Shown here: positions 19,715-29,558 of the stretch, piece after piece | Layout of the letters: each line of letters opens with the position of its first letter | Position numbering within the stretch: the stretch's first letter is position 1 | Assembly (NCBI GenBank): GCA_963737655.1 | Contig: CAVTTN010000002.1 | Location: 2,144,001 to 2,208,000, forward strand | Source of the DNA: an uncultured Planctomycetota bacterium | Lineage (GTDB): Bacteria; Planctomycetota; Planctomycetia; Isosphaerales; Isosphaeraceae | Length of the DNA stretch: 64,000 nucleotides | Direction: 5' to 3' | The notes under the pieces: generated by a model | Database searches by the model: none | Told to the model about the DNA's origin: nothing | The model's input: the letters and a program-made list of their open reading frames with translations, nothing else | Program-made: the position numbers and the translations under genes

Positions 19715-21037
19715 ATGAGACGACGATTCCGGTGCCACTGGCGCGGAGGGAGGCGGGGGACCGTGGCCGTCCTCGTCGCCATCGGCCTGCTCCCCCTGGT
19801 CGGCATCCTGGCGCTGGTGCTGGACGGCGGGATCCTGATGGGGACGAGGCGGCAGGCGCAGGCCGTGGCCGACTCCGTGGCCTATGCCGCCGCATACAAG
19901 CTCGCCACGGCCGACTCCTCCTCGGCCCGGACGGCCGGCCTCTCGATCGCCTCGATCAACGGCTATGCCAACGACGGGACGACCTCGACGGTCACCCTGA
20001 ACATCCCGCCCGGCTCCGGCGCCAACGCCGGCAAGACCGGCTATGTCGAGGCGATCGTCACGTACAAACAGCGGCGGTTCTTCAGCGCGATCTGGAGCTC
20101 GTCGAAGGTGACCGTCAGCGCCCGGGCCGTCGGCCAGGGGACGTCCACGGCCGGTTCCCCCGCCTCGGTCATCCTGACCGACCCTCACATGGACGGCGCC
20201 CTGTACCTGACCGGGAGCGCCCGCCTGACGACCAACGCCGTGATCCAGGTCAATTCCGATTCGATGTACTCCTCCTCCAACCCGAGCAAGGGGGCGGTCA
20301 ACGCCTCCAACGGGGCCTACGTGACCGACACCGGCGGCGTGAAGGTCGTGGGGAACCTGAACATCCCGAGCTACGCCACCCCCACCACGTTCTTCAAGAA
20401 CGCCCCGACCACCGGCGCCTCGACCGCGACCGACCCGCTGGCCTCGCTCTCGCCGCCGAGCACCTCGACGCTCAACACGATCGACAAGTCCAAGATCCCG
20501 AGCAGCCAGAGCTCGGCGCCGTATCCGCCCGGGGGGAAATACACGCTCTCGCCCGGGATCTACAACGGCGGCCTGAAGCTGGACTCCGGCGGCGTGAAGT
20601 ACACGATGACCAACGGCATCTATTACATGCAGGGCGGCGGCTTCCTCGTCTCCAACGGCACCTCGCTGACCGACAACGGGGCGGGCGTGCTGATCTATCT
20701 CGACTCCAGCGGAGGCTCGCTGAGCTACCAGGGAGGGACCACGGTCACCCTCAGCTCGATGACCTCGGGGCCCTACAAGGGGGTGGTCTACTACCAGGAC
20801 CGCGCCAACACGTCGAGCCTCAACAACATCGCCAACGGCTCGACGGTGAACATGACCGGCACGATCTACGCCCCCAACGCCGCCCTGGCGATCGCCGGGG
20901 GGGCCTCCGGGGCAAGCTACGGGACGCAGCTCATCGTCAAGTCGCTGAACCTCTCCAACGGCGTGAACATCAACGTCACCACGCCCTCCACCGCCCCGGC
21001 GGCGGCCGGGACCGCGACGTTCCAGATCGTCGAGTGA
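19715..21037 (+). CDS. tadG: TadG-related pilus protein with Ser/Thr/Gly-rich beta-rich C-terminal region
   Basis: RRGTVAVLVAI..TM..LDGG...QAQAVADSVA Tad N-domain. Confidence 0.85.
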   Translation: MRRRFRCHWRGGRRGTVAVLVAIGLLPLVGILALVLDGGILMGTRRQAQAVADSVAYAAAYKLATADSSSARTAGLSIASINGYANDGTTSTVTLNIPPGSGANAGKTGYVEAIVTYKQRRFFSAIWSSSKVTVSARAVGQGTSTAGSPASVILTDPHMDGALYLTGSARLTTNAVIQVNSDSMYSSSNPSKGAVNASNGAYVTDTGGVKVVGNLNIPSYATPTTFFKNAPTTGASTATDPLASLSPPSTSTLNTIDKSKIPSSQSSAPYPPGGKYTLSPGIYNGGLKLDSGGVKYTMTNGIYYMQGGGFLVSNGTSLTDNGAGVLIYLDSSGGSLSYQGGTTVTLSSMTSGPYKGVVYYQDRANTSSLNNIANGSTVNMTGTIYAPNAALAIAGGASGASYGTQLIVKSLNLSNGVNINVTTPSTAPAAAGTATFQIVE

Positions 21038-21144
21038 GCCGAACCTCGCCGCGAAATCGACGCACGCGATCGGGCGGCATGCTCACGTCTTCGTGAACAT
21101 GCCACCCGAGAGGGCCTCGTCGGGCCCGCCGGCCGGCCCTCGGG

Positions 21145-22089
21145 TCACTTCTTGACCTTGGGCTGGGCGCCCTCGCCGAACGTCTCCATGACCTGGAACG
21201 CGGCCGGCCCCAGGAGGACGACGAAGACGGCCGGGAAGATGAGCAGGACGGTCGGGATCATGATCTTCGTGGCGGCCTTCGCGGCCTTTTCCTCGGCGAT
21301 CTGCTTGCGCCTGTGGCGGAGGCCCTCGGAGTGGCTGCGGAGGCTCTTGACCAGGCTCGCGCCGAACTTCTCCGACTGGCCGATCACCGAGGCGAGGCTG
21401 AGCACTTCCTCCATGTCGGTCCGCCGGGCGAAGTTGTTCAGGGCCTCGCCCGGGGGTCGGCCCAGGCCGATCTCGCGATCGACGATCCGCAGCTCGCCGC
21501 CCAGGGTCGGGTGGGCGGACCTCAGCTCCTCGGCGACCTTCTTGATCGCCGCCTGGAGGCTCAGGCCGCCTTCGAGGCAGATGATCAGGACGTCCAGGGC
21601 ATCGGGCAAGGCCCGGCGGATGGCCATCTGGCGGGCCTTCTTCCGCTTGTCCAGCCAGAAGCTGGGGCCGACCATCCCCATCAGGAACAGGACCATGGCG
21701 ATCGGCAGGGACTGCGTCGGCCCCAGGATGCCGGCCAGCGTGAGGCCCACCCCGACGAGCGTGGCCAGGATCAGCATCGCCAGCTTCACGCCGAGGAACG
21801 CGTGCATCGCCTGACGGCCGTAGAACCCGGCGTGGACCAGCCTCGCCTGGAGCTTCGTCCGTTCGGCCGCGTCGTCCGGGATGATCGCCTTGCCCATCTT
21901 CGGCAGGGCGGTCCTGGCGATCGCCGCGACGCTCTCGGCCCGCTTCTCGTCCGCCGCCGCCTTGCCCGAGAGCGCGTCGAGCCGGGCGTCCAGCTTCTCG
22001 GTCTTCTTCGTCAAGGCGAGCCCCACGGCCAGGATCAGGCCGATCACGGCCGCCGGGATCAGCAGGAGCATCAGCGATTCGGGGACCAT
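21145..22089 (-). CDS. tadC: TadC (T2SS F family)
   Basis: LPDALDVLIICLEGGLSL, QSEKFGASL and AEEKAAK. Confidence 0.9.
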   Translation of the reverse strand: MVPESLMLLLIPAAVIGLILAVGLALTKKTEKLDARLDALSGKAAADEKRAESVAAIARTALPKMGKAIIPDDAAERTKLQARLVHAGFYGRQAMHAFLGVKLAMLILATLVGVGLTLAGILGPTQSLPIAMVLFLMGMVGPSFWLDKRKKARQMAIRRALPDALDVLIICLEGGLSLQAAIKKVAEELRSAHPTLGGELRIVDREIGLGRPPGEALNNFARRTDMEEVLSLASVIGQSEKFGASLVKSLRSHSEGLRHRRKQIAEEKAAKAATKIMIPTVLLIFPAVFVVLLGPAAFQVMETFGEGAQPKVKK

Positions 22090-22165
22090 CGGAGGCGCCC
22101 TTCCGTCGATCGTTGTGGGCCTCTGTTGCGGCGCCCGCGATGGCGGGCCCGCGAGGCCCGCCATC

Positions 22166-23128
22166 TTAGAAGTCGAAATTGACGATCTTGCGAATCCACA
22201 AGGCCCCGAGGAATTCCAGCCCGATCGTCCCGGCGATCAGGTTCGGGTGCTCCAGGAGCACCCCGGCGTATTTGGGGTTGAGGGCGAAGAGCAGGAGGAA
22301 CATCAGAGGGGGCAACGCGCCCAGGATCCAGCCCTGCATCCGTCCTTCGGCCGTGAGGGTGCGAATCTGGCCGCGGATCTGGTAGCGCTCGCGGACCACC
22401 CCGGCGAGCTTCGTGAGCAGCTCGGCCAGGTTGCCGCCGGTCTGCTGCTGGACCAGGACGGCCAGGACGAAGATCTTCAGCTCGATGACCCCGCTCCTCC
22501 GGGTCATGTCGCGGAACGTGACCTCGGGCGTGAGGCCCAGGTTCTGCTGCTCGTAGCAGATGGAGAACTCGCCGGCGATCGGTTGCGGGAACTCGTCGGC
22601 GACGGCCAGGAGGGCCTGGCCGAGGGTCTGCCCGGCGCGGACGACCCGGGCCATCAGGTCGAACGCGTCGGGCAGTTGCGATCGGAGCTTGTCCATCCGG
22701 GCGTCGCGCTTCTTGCGGACGTACCAGAGCGGGATCACCCCGCCCACGGCCGCCGCGACCAGCGCCGCCGGCACGCCCCGGACCAGGAACCCGAGGACCC
22801 CGCCCGTCGCCGCCACGACCCCCGAGATCCCCGCCAGCCGGGAGGCCGTGAGGTCCAGGCCCGACTGCTCGACCATCGCCGCGATCTTCTGCGGGAAGGT
22901 CGGAGGCCGTTCGTCGCCGGCGCTGAGGTCCGCGGCCATCTGCCCGAGGTTCTTGAACAGGGGGGACCGCCGGGCCCGGTCCCTCCTCTTGCGGAGGAAC
23001 TCCTCGTCCACCCGCTCGTTGACCCGCGAGCGGTCGCGGAGGAACAGGTCGGAGGCGATCTGGTAGGCCGCGATCACCCCCAGAACGGCCGTCGCCCCGG
23101 CCAGGGACGTGACCAGCCCCGGGTTCAT
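22166..23128 (-). CDS. tadB: TadB (T2SS F family)
   Basis: QLPDAFDLMARVVRAG, QQTGGNLAELL and LTAEGRM. Confidence 0.9.
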   Translation of the reverse strand: MNPGLVTSLAGATAVLGVIAAYQIASDLFLRDRSRVNERVDEEFLRKRRDRARRSPLFKNLGQMAADLSAGDERPPTFPQKIAAMVEQSGLDLTASRLAGISGVVAATGGVLGFLVRGVPAALVAAAVGGVIPLWYVRKKRDARMDKLRSQLPDAFDLMARVVRAGQTLGQALLAVADEFPQPIAGEFSICYEQQNLGLTPEVTFRDMTRRSGVIELKIFVLAVLVQQQTGGNLAELLTKLAGVVRERYQIRGQIRTLTAEGRMQGWILGALPPLMFLLLFALNPKYAGVLLEHPNLIAGTIGLEFLGALWIRKIVNFDF

Positions 23129-24462
23129 CGCGGCACCTGCCCCCGGCTGGAGCCGGTCAGGATTCGCCTCTCGAACATCTCCGTCGGCAGCTTGATCCCC
23201 GCCGCCTCCAGGTGCTCCAGGCACTTCGGGCGGATGCCCGTGCAGTAGAAGTACCCCTGGGCCACGCGGTCCTCGTCGATGCCCGTCTGCTTGAAGACGA
23301 AGATGTCCTGCATGCTGACGGTGTCCTCCTCCATCCCCACGATCTCGGAGATCTTGATCAGTTTCCGGGCCCCGCCGGAGAGCCTCGCCGCCTGGACGAT
23401 GATCTGCACGGCCGAGACGATCTGGCGGCGGATGATCCAGATCGGCAGGTCGAACCCGGCCATGCCGACCATCATCTCGATCCGGCCGATGGCGTCCCGG
23501 GTGTCGTTGGCGTGGATGGTCGTCATGCTGCCGTCGTGGCCGGTGTTCATCGCCTGGAGCATGTCCAGGGTCTCGCCGCCTCGGCACTCGCCGACGATGA
23601 TCCGGTCGGGCCTCATCCGCAGGGCGTTCTTGACGAGGTCTCGCGTGAGGATCGCGCCATTGCCTTCCAGGTTCGCCGGCCGGGTCTCCATCCGGACGAC
23701 GTGCGACTGCTGGAGGCGGAGCTCGGCGGCGTCCTCGATCGTCGCCACCCGCTCGTCGTCGGGGATGAACGCGGAGAGGGCATTCATGAGCGTCGTCTTG
23801 CCCGAGCCGGTGCCCCCGGAGACGATCATGTTGATCCTCGCCCGGGTGCAGGCCGACAGGAAATCGACCATCTCCGGCGTGACCGCCTTCTTCTCCACGA
23901 GGTCGGCGAACTGGAGGGGCGTCTTGCTCGAGCGCCGGATCGAGAGCAGGGTGCCGTCCAGCGCCAGGGGGGGGATCACGGCGTTGATTCGCGAGCCGTC
24001 GGCGGTGCGGGCGTCGCAAAGAGGGGAGGTCTCGTCGATCCGCCGGCCCACCCGCCCGACGATCCGGCGGACGATCTCGATCAGGTGCTTCTCGTCGTTG
24101 AACACGACGTCGGAGCGGGTCAGTCGTCCTCGGCGCTCGACGTACACGCACTTCGGGCCGTTGACGAGGATATCCGAGACGGTCGGGTCGCGCATCAGGG
24201 GCTCGAGGGGGCCGATGCCGAAGGTCTCGTCGAGGACCTCGCCGATCAGCCGTTCGCGTTCGGCGAAGCTCAGGAGGTCGTCGCTCTGTCGGCAGAGCTG
24301 CTCGGCCCCCCGGCGGACCTCCTCGCGGAGCTCCTGCTCGTTCATCGAGCCGATGGCCGAGAGGTCCATGTCCGAGATCAGCTTCTGGTGCAGCTCTTTC
24401 TTGATCCTCAGGAGCCGTTCCTCGGCCGAGATTCCGGGCAACGGCGGGGCGAGGCGGGACAT
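23125..24462 (-). CDS. cpaF: CpaF/TadA pilus assembly ATPase
   Basis: GPLEPL..DPTVSDILVNG, GGTGSGKTT, IEDAAEL, ALRMRPDRIIVGE and QAMNTGHDG. Confidence 0.96.
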   Translation of the reverse strand: MSRLAPPLPGISAEERLLRIKKELHQKLISDMDLSAIGSMNEQELREEVRRGAEQLCRQSDDLLSFAERERLIGEVLDETFGIGPLEPLMRDPTVSDILVNGPKCVYVERRGRLTRSDVVFNDEKHLIEIVRRIVGRVGRRIDETSPLCDARTADGSRINAVIPPLALDGTLLSIRRSSKTPLQFADLVEKKAVTPEMVDFLSACTRARINMIVSGGTGSGKTTLMNALSAFIPDDERVATIEDAAELRLQQSHVVRMETRPANLEGNGAILTRDLVKNALRMRPDRIIVGECRGGETLDMLQAMNTGHDGSMTTIHANDTRDAIGRIEMMVGMAGFDLPIWIIRRQIVSAVQIIVQAARLSGGARKLIKISEIVGMEEDTVSMQDIFVFKQTGIDEDRVAQGYFYCTGIRPKCLEHLEAAGIKLPTEMFERRILTGSSRGQVPR

Positions 24463-24532
24463 GGCGAGGTCTCCCACGGAAATGGCCCCCGACGAGGGCC
24501 CGGGGACAGTCTAGGACGCCTTCGGGCCTCGA

Positions 24533-25630
24533 TCACGACGGGTTCAGATGCTTCGCCAGGGCCGCGAACGATCGCGAGACCTTCGCCGACGGCGCCGACA
24601 GCACCGCCGGCGTCCCCTGGTTGTTCGCCCGGTTGATCGTCTTGGCATCGTCGGGGATGGCGTGGAAGATCTTCATCCCCAGGGCTTCCTCGGCCTTCGC
24701 CCGGGGGACCTCCTGAGGCTGACCCAGGCGGTTCACCACCAGGCGGAACTTCTCCCGGGGGATGCCGTGCCCTTCGAGATGCTCCAGGGTCCGCCGGACG
24801 TTCCTCAGCGAGGTGAAATCCAGGCGAAAGACGATCAGGATCGCGTCGGACTGGCCCAGGACGAGCATCTGCTCCTCGCCGAACGAGTGGTCGAGGTCGA
24901 CCACGACGACGGGGAAGCTCGCGCGGGCCAGCGAGACGGCCAGGCCGACCCCTTCGGCCCTCACATGAGCGATCTCCTGGATCGCCACCGGGGGCGCCAG
25001 CAGGTGCACGCCCGCCTCGTGAGAGACCATCGACCGTTCGAACATGACCCGGTCCAGCCTCGCCGCGTTCCGGCAGAGGTCGGCCAGGGTGAACGTCGGC
25101 CGGAGGTCGAACAGGGCGGCGAGATCGCCGGAGGCGATCTTCAAGTCGAGCAGCCCCACCCTCTTGTGCTCCTTGGCCAGCGAGGCCGAGAGGTTGGCGG
25201 CCAGGGTGCTCGACCCGGCGCCTCCGTTGGGCGCCAGGACGGTCAGGAGCCGGCCCGGCTCGGGCGGTTCGGCGGCGCCGTCGGCCATCCGGCGGAGGGC
25301 GGCCTCCAGCTCGACTTCCAGGTCGGCCTCATCGACGAAGTCCGCCGCGCCCGACCGCAGCGCCCGGAGGACCAGCTTGCTATCGCCGGTCGGCCCGACG
25401 ACCAGGAGCCGTCCCCGGGCCGTCTTCGCCAGATGGGGGGCCGTCGAGAGGCCCCGCTCCGGGTCGCCGGAGAGGGCCAGGACGACGAGGTCCACGTCCG
25501 TCTCGCCGCTGAGCCGGGGCACCGCCTCGCTCAACGCCAGGGAACGGGGCGACGGTCGGCCCCCGAACCCCAGGACGTCCCGGATTCGGGAACCCGTCGA
25601 TTCGTGGTCGCAGACGATGAAAGCCGGCAT
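24533..25630 (-). CDS. cpaE: CpaE/TadZ (receiver-like plus MinD-like ATPase)
   Basis: N-terminal atypical receiver (LRALRSGAADFV), deviant P-loop NGGAGSST and ANNQGTP. Confidence 0.88.
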   Translation of the reverse strand: MPAFIVCDHESTGSRIRDVLGFGGRPSPRSLALSEAVPRLSGETDVDLVVLALSGDPERGLSTAPHLAKTARGRLLVVGPTGDSKLVLRALRSGAADFVDEADLEVELEAALRRMADGAAEPPEPGRLLTVLAPNGGAGSSTLAANLSASLAKEHKRVGLLDLKIASGDLAALFDLRPTFTLADLCRNAARLDRVMFERSMVSHEAGVHLLAPPVAIQEIAHVRAEGVGLAVSLARASFPVVVVDLDHSFGEEQMLVLGQSDAILIVFRLDFTSLRNVRRTLEHLEGHGIPREKFRLVVNRLGQPQEVPRAKAEEALGMKIFHAIPDDAKTINRANNQGTPAVLSAPSAKVSRSFAALAKHLNPS

Positions 25631-25759
25631 CGCGTTCGGTCCCTCGGGGATTCGTTCCCCTCTTCCGACTCGGTCCCCGGCGGCGGATGCGAAAGTCCGG
25701 GGCCCTCTGCTTCGACTCTAGGCCCTGTTTCGAACCTGAGCCTGGAGTCCGATGCGTGC

Positions 25760-26714
25760 CTACCAGGGCAAGTCTTCCGGCCTCGATTCAGCCGGGGCCG
25801 CCTGGCCCCGAGACGCGACCCGTCGCGACGGCACCCGGATCGTCACGCGATCGGTGCCCATCGCCGTGCCCCGGAGCGTCCGGACCGGCAAGACGACCTC
25901 GTCGAACGCCGGAGGAGGCGGGACCGGAGGCGCCGGAGGGGGTGGAGGCGCGGCGACGACCGGCGCCGGCGAGGGCTTCGCGACCTTCCCCGCGCCTCCG
26001 GCCAGGTCGGCCAGAAGGGCCGGCTTGACCTGGGAGTCGCCCGAGTCCGTCGGGTTGCGCAGCGAGAGGTGGAGCGTCCCGGAGTTCTGCCCGAGGTCCA
26101 GCTTCGCCGCGTCGTCGGGGGAGACCTGGAGCGTGACCGACCTCACCTCGTTCGGGTCGATCTTGTTGTTCGCCGGGCTGTCCACGTTGGTGTGGACGGC
26201 CAGGATCTCGGCATTCTGGAGCAAGAGGATCGTCGAGGCCCCGCCGGACTCCGAGTCCATCCCCCCGCCGTTGGTCCGGGTCAGGAGGACGTCCACCCGG
26301 TTGCCCGGCAGGAGGAACCCCGCGAGCGAGGACGAGACGCTCTGCGCCAGGATCGTGAACGCCCGCATCCCCGGACGGATTAATGCGGCCATGCCCGACC
26401 CCGCCCCCTTGGGCGCCAGCTTGGCATCGGAGATCACGTCTCCCTTGAGCATGGGGAAGTGGGCCACTCGCTCGATCGCGTCGGCCGCCTTTTCCAGGGA
26501 GCCGGGCGGGACCTGATCGACGGGCACCTGCCGGACTTCCACCGACGCTTCCCGGAGCGTCTCGCCCCTCTGGACGTCGGCCGACGCGTAGAGCACGCCC
26601 CGGGTCGCCACCTTCGCCGCCCCGGGCCGGGCGGTCATCCTCTGCATCCCGACGGCCGCGCCCAGCCCGCAGACCAGCGCCACGGCGATCACGATCAGGG
26701 TGGCGCGCGCTCAT
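25760..26714 (-). CDS. cpaB: CpaB/RcpC (SAF domain); one extra base near 26700
   Basis: IRPGMRAFTI, GFLLPGNRVDVL and LHLSLRN. Removing one C near 26701 gives the N-terminus MSARTLIVIAVAL from the ATG at 26714. Confidence 0.9.
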
Positions 26715-27328
26715 CGGTCCCTCCCTCGATCAAGCCCGATCGTCGCGACCGGGACGGCCCGCTTCGAAGCCGGGACCTCCCGGGAGATCCACGCCGCCGC
26801 GAAGAAGCCCACGCAGGTCATCGCGGCGAACGGCACGAGCCTCCGGCGGCGGTCGGACCTCTGAACCTCGACCTCCACCCGCCGGGTCGGCCTCGACCAC
26901 GATCGGGGCGAGACCAGCCTGGCGGTGAGATCGGTGAATTCCCCGTAGACCCGGGCGATCCCGCCGAAGAACAGGGTGAGCCCCAGGGCATACGCCGCGG
27001 CCGCCAGGGCCGAGGCCGCGAAGACTTCCGCGGTCGCTCCCGGCCCGAGCCACGCCCCCATCGCCGCGAACAGCTTCACGTCTCCCGCGCCGACCCCGCC
27101 CAGCGCGTGGAACAGCAACAGACCGCCGAAGCCCAGGGCCGCCCCGGCCAGCGATCCCCCCAGGCCCGCCCAGCCTCCGGTGATCGTCGCCGCGATCAAG
27201 CCCGCGAAGAAGGCCGGAAACGTCAGGGCGTTATACACCTTGAAGCGGCGGAGGTCCGTCGCCGCCGCGATCAGGGTGACGACCGCCACCGCCACGAGCG
27301 TCCAGGGCGGGCAATGCGTGAGAGCCAC
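26711..27328 (-). CDS. cpaA: prepilin peptidase CpaA/TadV (A24)
   Basis: AATDLRRFKVYN, GGVGAGDVKLFAAMGAWLG and VPFA. Confidence 0.92.
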   Translation of the reverse strand: MALTHCPPWTLVAVAVVTLIAAATDLRRFKVYNALTFPAFFAGLIAATITGGWAGLGGSLAGAALGFGGLLLFHALGGVGAGDVKLFAAMGAWLGPGATAEVFAASALAAAAYALGLTLFFGGIARVYGEFTDLTARLVSPRSWSRPTRRVEVEVQRSDRRRRLVPFAAMTCVGFFAAAWISREVPASKRAVPVATIGLDRGRDR

Positions 27329-27358
27329 GGGTCCTCCGATCGATTCGGTGGGGTCGAG

Positions 27359-27532
27359 TCAATGGTGGGCCGAGGAGACCGGGTCCGACGACGAGCGGCA
27401 CCCCCAGGCGAACGTCGTCCACAGCAGCGCGGCCAGACCCAGAGGAGCCACGACCGACGTGGCCGGGTCGAGCTCCAGGGCCCGGCTCGCCACGATCGCG
27501 AACGCCGCCGCGAGGGCCATCAAGGGGAGCAT
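27359..27532 (-). CDS. small two-TM protein, 57 aa, between flp and cpaA
   Basis: Manual translation MLPLMALAAAFAIVASRALELDPATSVVAPLGLAALLWTTFAWGCRSSSDPVSSAHH*, with GGAGG upstream. Confidence 0.5.
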   Translation of the reverse strand: MLPLMALAAAFAIVASRALELDPATSVVAPLGLAALLWTTFAWGCRSSSDPVSSAHH

Positions 27533-27711
27533 CTCCGAAGCCTCCGACGAAGGATGGACAGGACGCGAAGACGCCCGGACCCTCGCCCGGCCGTTTCCCC
27601 GGGCCGGGCGCGAATCCGGGCGTTCCCGAACGTTCCCACGGACCCTGCGGACTCGCCCCCGCCGCGAAGACCTCGGCGAGGGCGGGACCGACGGCCACTG
27701 CGACTCGCTCC

Positions 27712-27879
27712 TCAGCCGCCCAGGCTGGTCGACAGGGCCCCGAACTGCCCCGAGATCGTCGTCGAGAGGGCCTTGACCGTGGTGACCAGGGCCGCGGCGA
27801 TCAGAGCGACCATCAGGGCGTACTCCACCATCGTCGCGCCGTCTTCCTCGACCATCAGGGACTTGAAGAACTTCGTCAT
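27712..27879 (-). CDS. flp: Flp type IVb pilin, 55 aa
   Basis: EEDG/ATMVEYALMVALIA Flp motif and AGGAG RBS. Confidence 0.95.
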   Translation of the reverse strand: MTKFFKSLMVEEDGATMVEYALMVALIAAALVTTVKALSTTISGQFGALSTSLGG

Positions 27880-28049
27880 GGCTGTCGCTCCTGTGAATGG
27901 GGATGAAACGCCATCCCCGCGATCCGAACCGATCCGACCTCCGAGGCCCGTCCTCGCGGCCGTCTGCTCTTCGGGCGATCCCCGGTCTCGGCCCCGTCCC
28001 CTCGCATCGCGTCGCATCTCGGCCGGTCCCGTCGTCGTCCGCCGAGGGA

Positions 28050-28078
28050 AACCTGTGTCACCTTCGGGAGGTTGTCAA
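28050..28078 (-). promoter_or_regulatory. candidate sigma-70 promoter for flp
   Basis: Minus strand reads TTGACA, 17 nt, CAGGTT. The -35 is perfect and the -10 is weak. Confidence 0.35.
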
Positions 28079-29090
28079 CGAGGAATCCAAAATCTCCCGG
28101 GAGCGTTTCCGCCTCGCCACTCCATGGAACCGCGGACCGGCCCCGGGGAGGGGCTCGCCCGGTGCCCGTTTCCCTCGCCCCGGCCCTCGGGACGACGAAA
28201 CGACCGATCATGCGAGATGAGCCGAAGGAGGATCGCTCGACCTCGGCCCCACGAACGGATGACCGCAGCCCTGGATACGCGCCACCACGAGAGTCGACTT
28301 ATCAAGAAATCGTGAAAAGTGAGATGGAAAAGCTCTTCGCGGTCATCCCCGGCAAGCGGGGCGCAACGCAGGAGACGGACCATGGCCACGGCCTCGAAAA
28401 CGGCCCGCGCCAGGTCGGAACCCCCGACCCCCGACGCGGGTTACTTCCAGCGAAACCATCGAGGCCGGCACCCCCGGCGATCACCCAATCCGGAATCGAC
28501 TCCCCGGGCCCGACCGGGACCCACCAGGCGGGGACCGCAAACAGGCCATCGCTCCCGACCCCAAAATGTCCGACTCTCGGGGCGGAAAACCCGGGTCGAG
28601 GCCCCGTCGCGAGTTCCATGCAAGGCGTTGTCAGGCTGGAATTTAGGCGGCAAAATCCGTCGAATGTTCGGATCTGAATTTGGGGGGCTGGCGCGCGCGG
28701 TGCGCGCTCGCAAATGGCCGAGAAACGGCCCTTTGGCGCGTTTTTGGAGGAAGAGTGTAGTCAACTAACCCGAAAGTGTTGTCAACTTAAATGTTTGAAC
28801 ACTCATTGTAATTCGCGATATTTTCAAAAAAATTTCCATGATAGATATCCAAAGTCGAGCGGACCCGCACGCCATCTCGACCAGGCTTGCCCGCCCTCCC
28901 GGGCCGTTACGGATCGCGCAGTCCGCCCGATCTGCATCATGATGTTCGTGGAGTTAACAAATCATTTGAATTGTATAGTAAGTGTTCAAAACATATATAA
29001 TGTAAGCAGAATATTTTCAGATGTAAAACTCAAAATCTCGGCATAAAAAAATGGCTCATGAGTCCGGATTGGTGGTCAGGTCGGATTTCC

Positions 29091-29211
29091 CTCGTTCCCA
29101 CGCTCGGCGTGGGAATGCCGTCTTGCACGCTCCGCGTGCCTGCGGACGCCGACAAGCGAAGACGACGCGGAGCGTCGAGGACGGCATTCCCACGCGGAGC
29201 GTGGGAACGAG
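29091..29211. repeat. REPIN-like element (inverted REP doublet)
   Basis: ~47-bp inverted arms, each carrying the short palindrome TTCCCACGC-n-GCGTGGGAA. Confidence 0.85.
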
Positions 29212-29558
29212 TCGTTGAGCAAGCACCAATCCGGGATCATGGTCCAAAGGCTTTAATTATTGAATTGTGATTTCGCCGGTTTTCTGAAGATTCGACGATG
29301 CGTCCGCCGTGTCGGGGCCGGGCGATTCGGTCCAGAGCGATCTTTGTTGTGCAATTGAGCATTTCTGGGTGCCAATGGTCGGACTCGGCCCGTGCGTTCA
29401 GGGGCGAGCGAGGCATCGGCTTGTGGTACGATGTCCGCCGGTGATCGGCGGCCGGGGCCGCGGAGCCTGTGTGCCAGGCGGCAGGAGGCCCATCATGAGA
29501 TGCCCGCGTTACCTCTGGCTCCTGCCGATGATCGGTTGAGCGCGTCGAATCGCGGCCC

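Noticed and set aside
28072..28768. ORFs in the flp upstream region (28072-28677, 28319-28768, 28714-29046)
   Set aside because: No recognisable motifs, weak GC3 bias and mutually overlapping frames. They cannot be supported as genes.
28740..29056. oriC or dif site in the AT-rich island
   Set aside because: I found no TTATCCACA-type DnaA boxes and no XerC/D-like dif consensus, and no replication genes are nearby.
29058..29270. Short ORFs across the REPIN (LVPTLRVGM-type peptides)
   Set aside because: These are translations of the REP palindrome on both strands.
29359..29374. sigma-54 promoter on the minus strand (TGGCAC...ATGC)
   Set aside because: The GG-to-GC spacing is 11 nt rather than the required 10.
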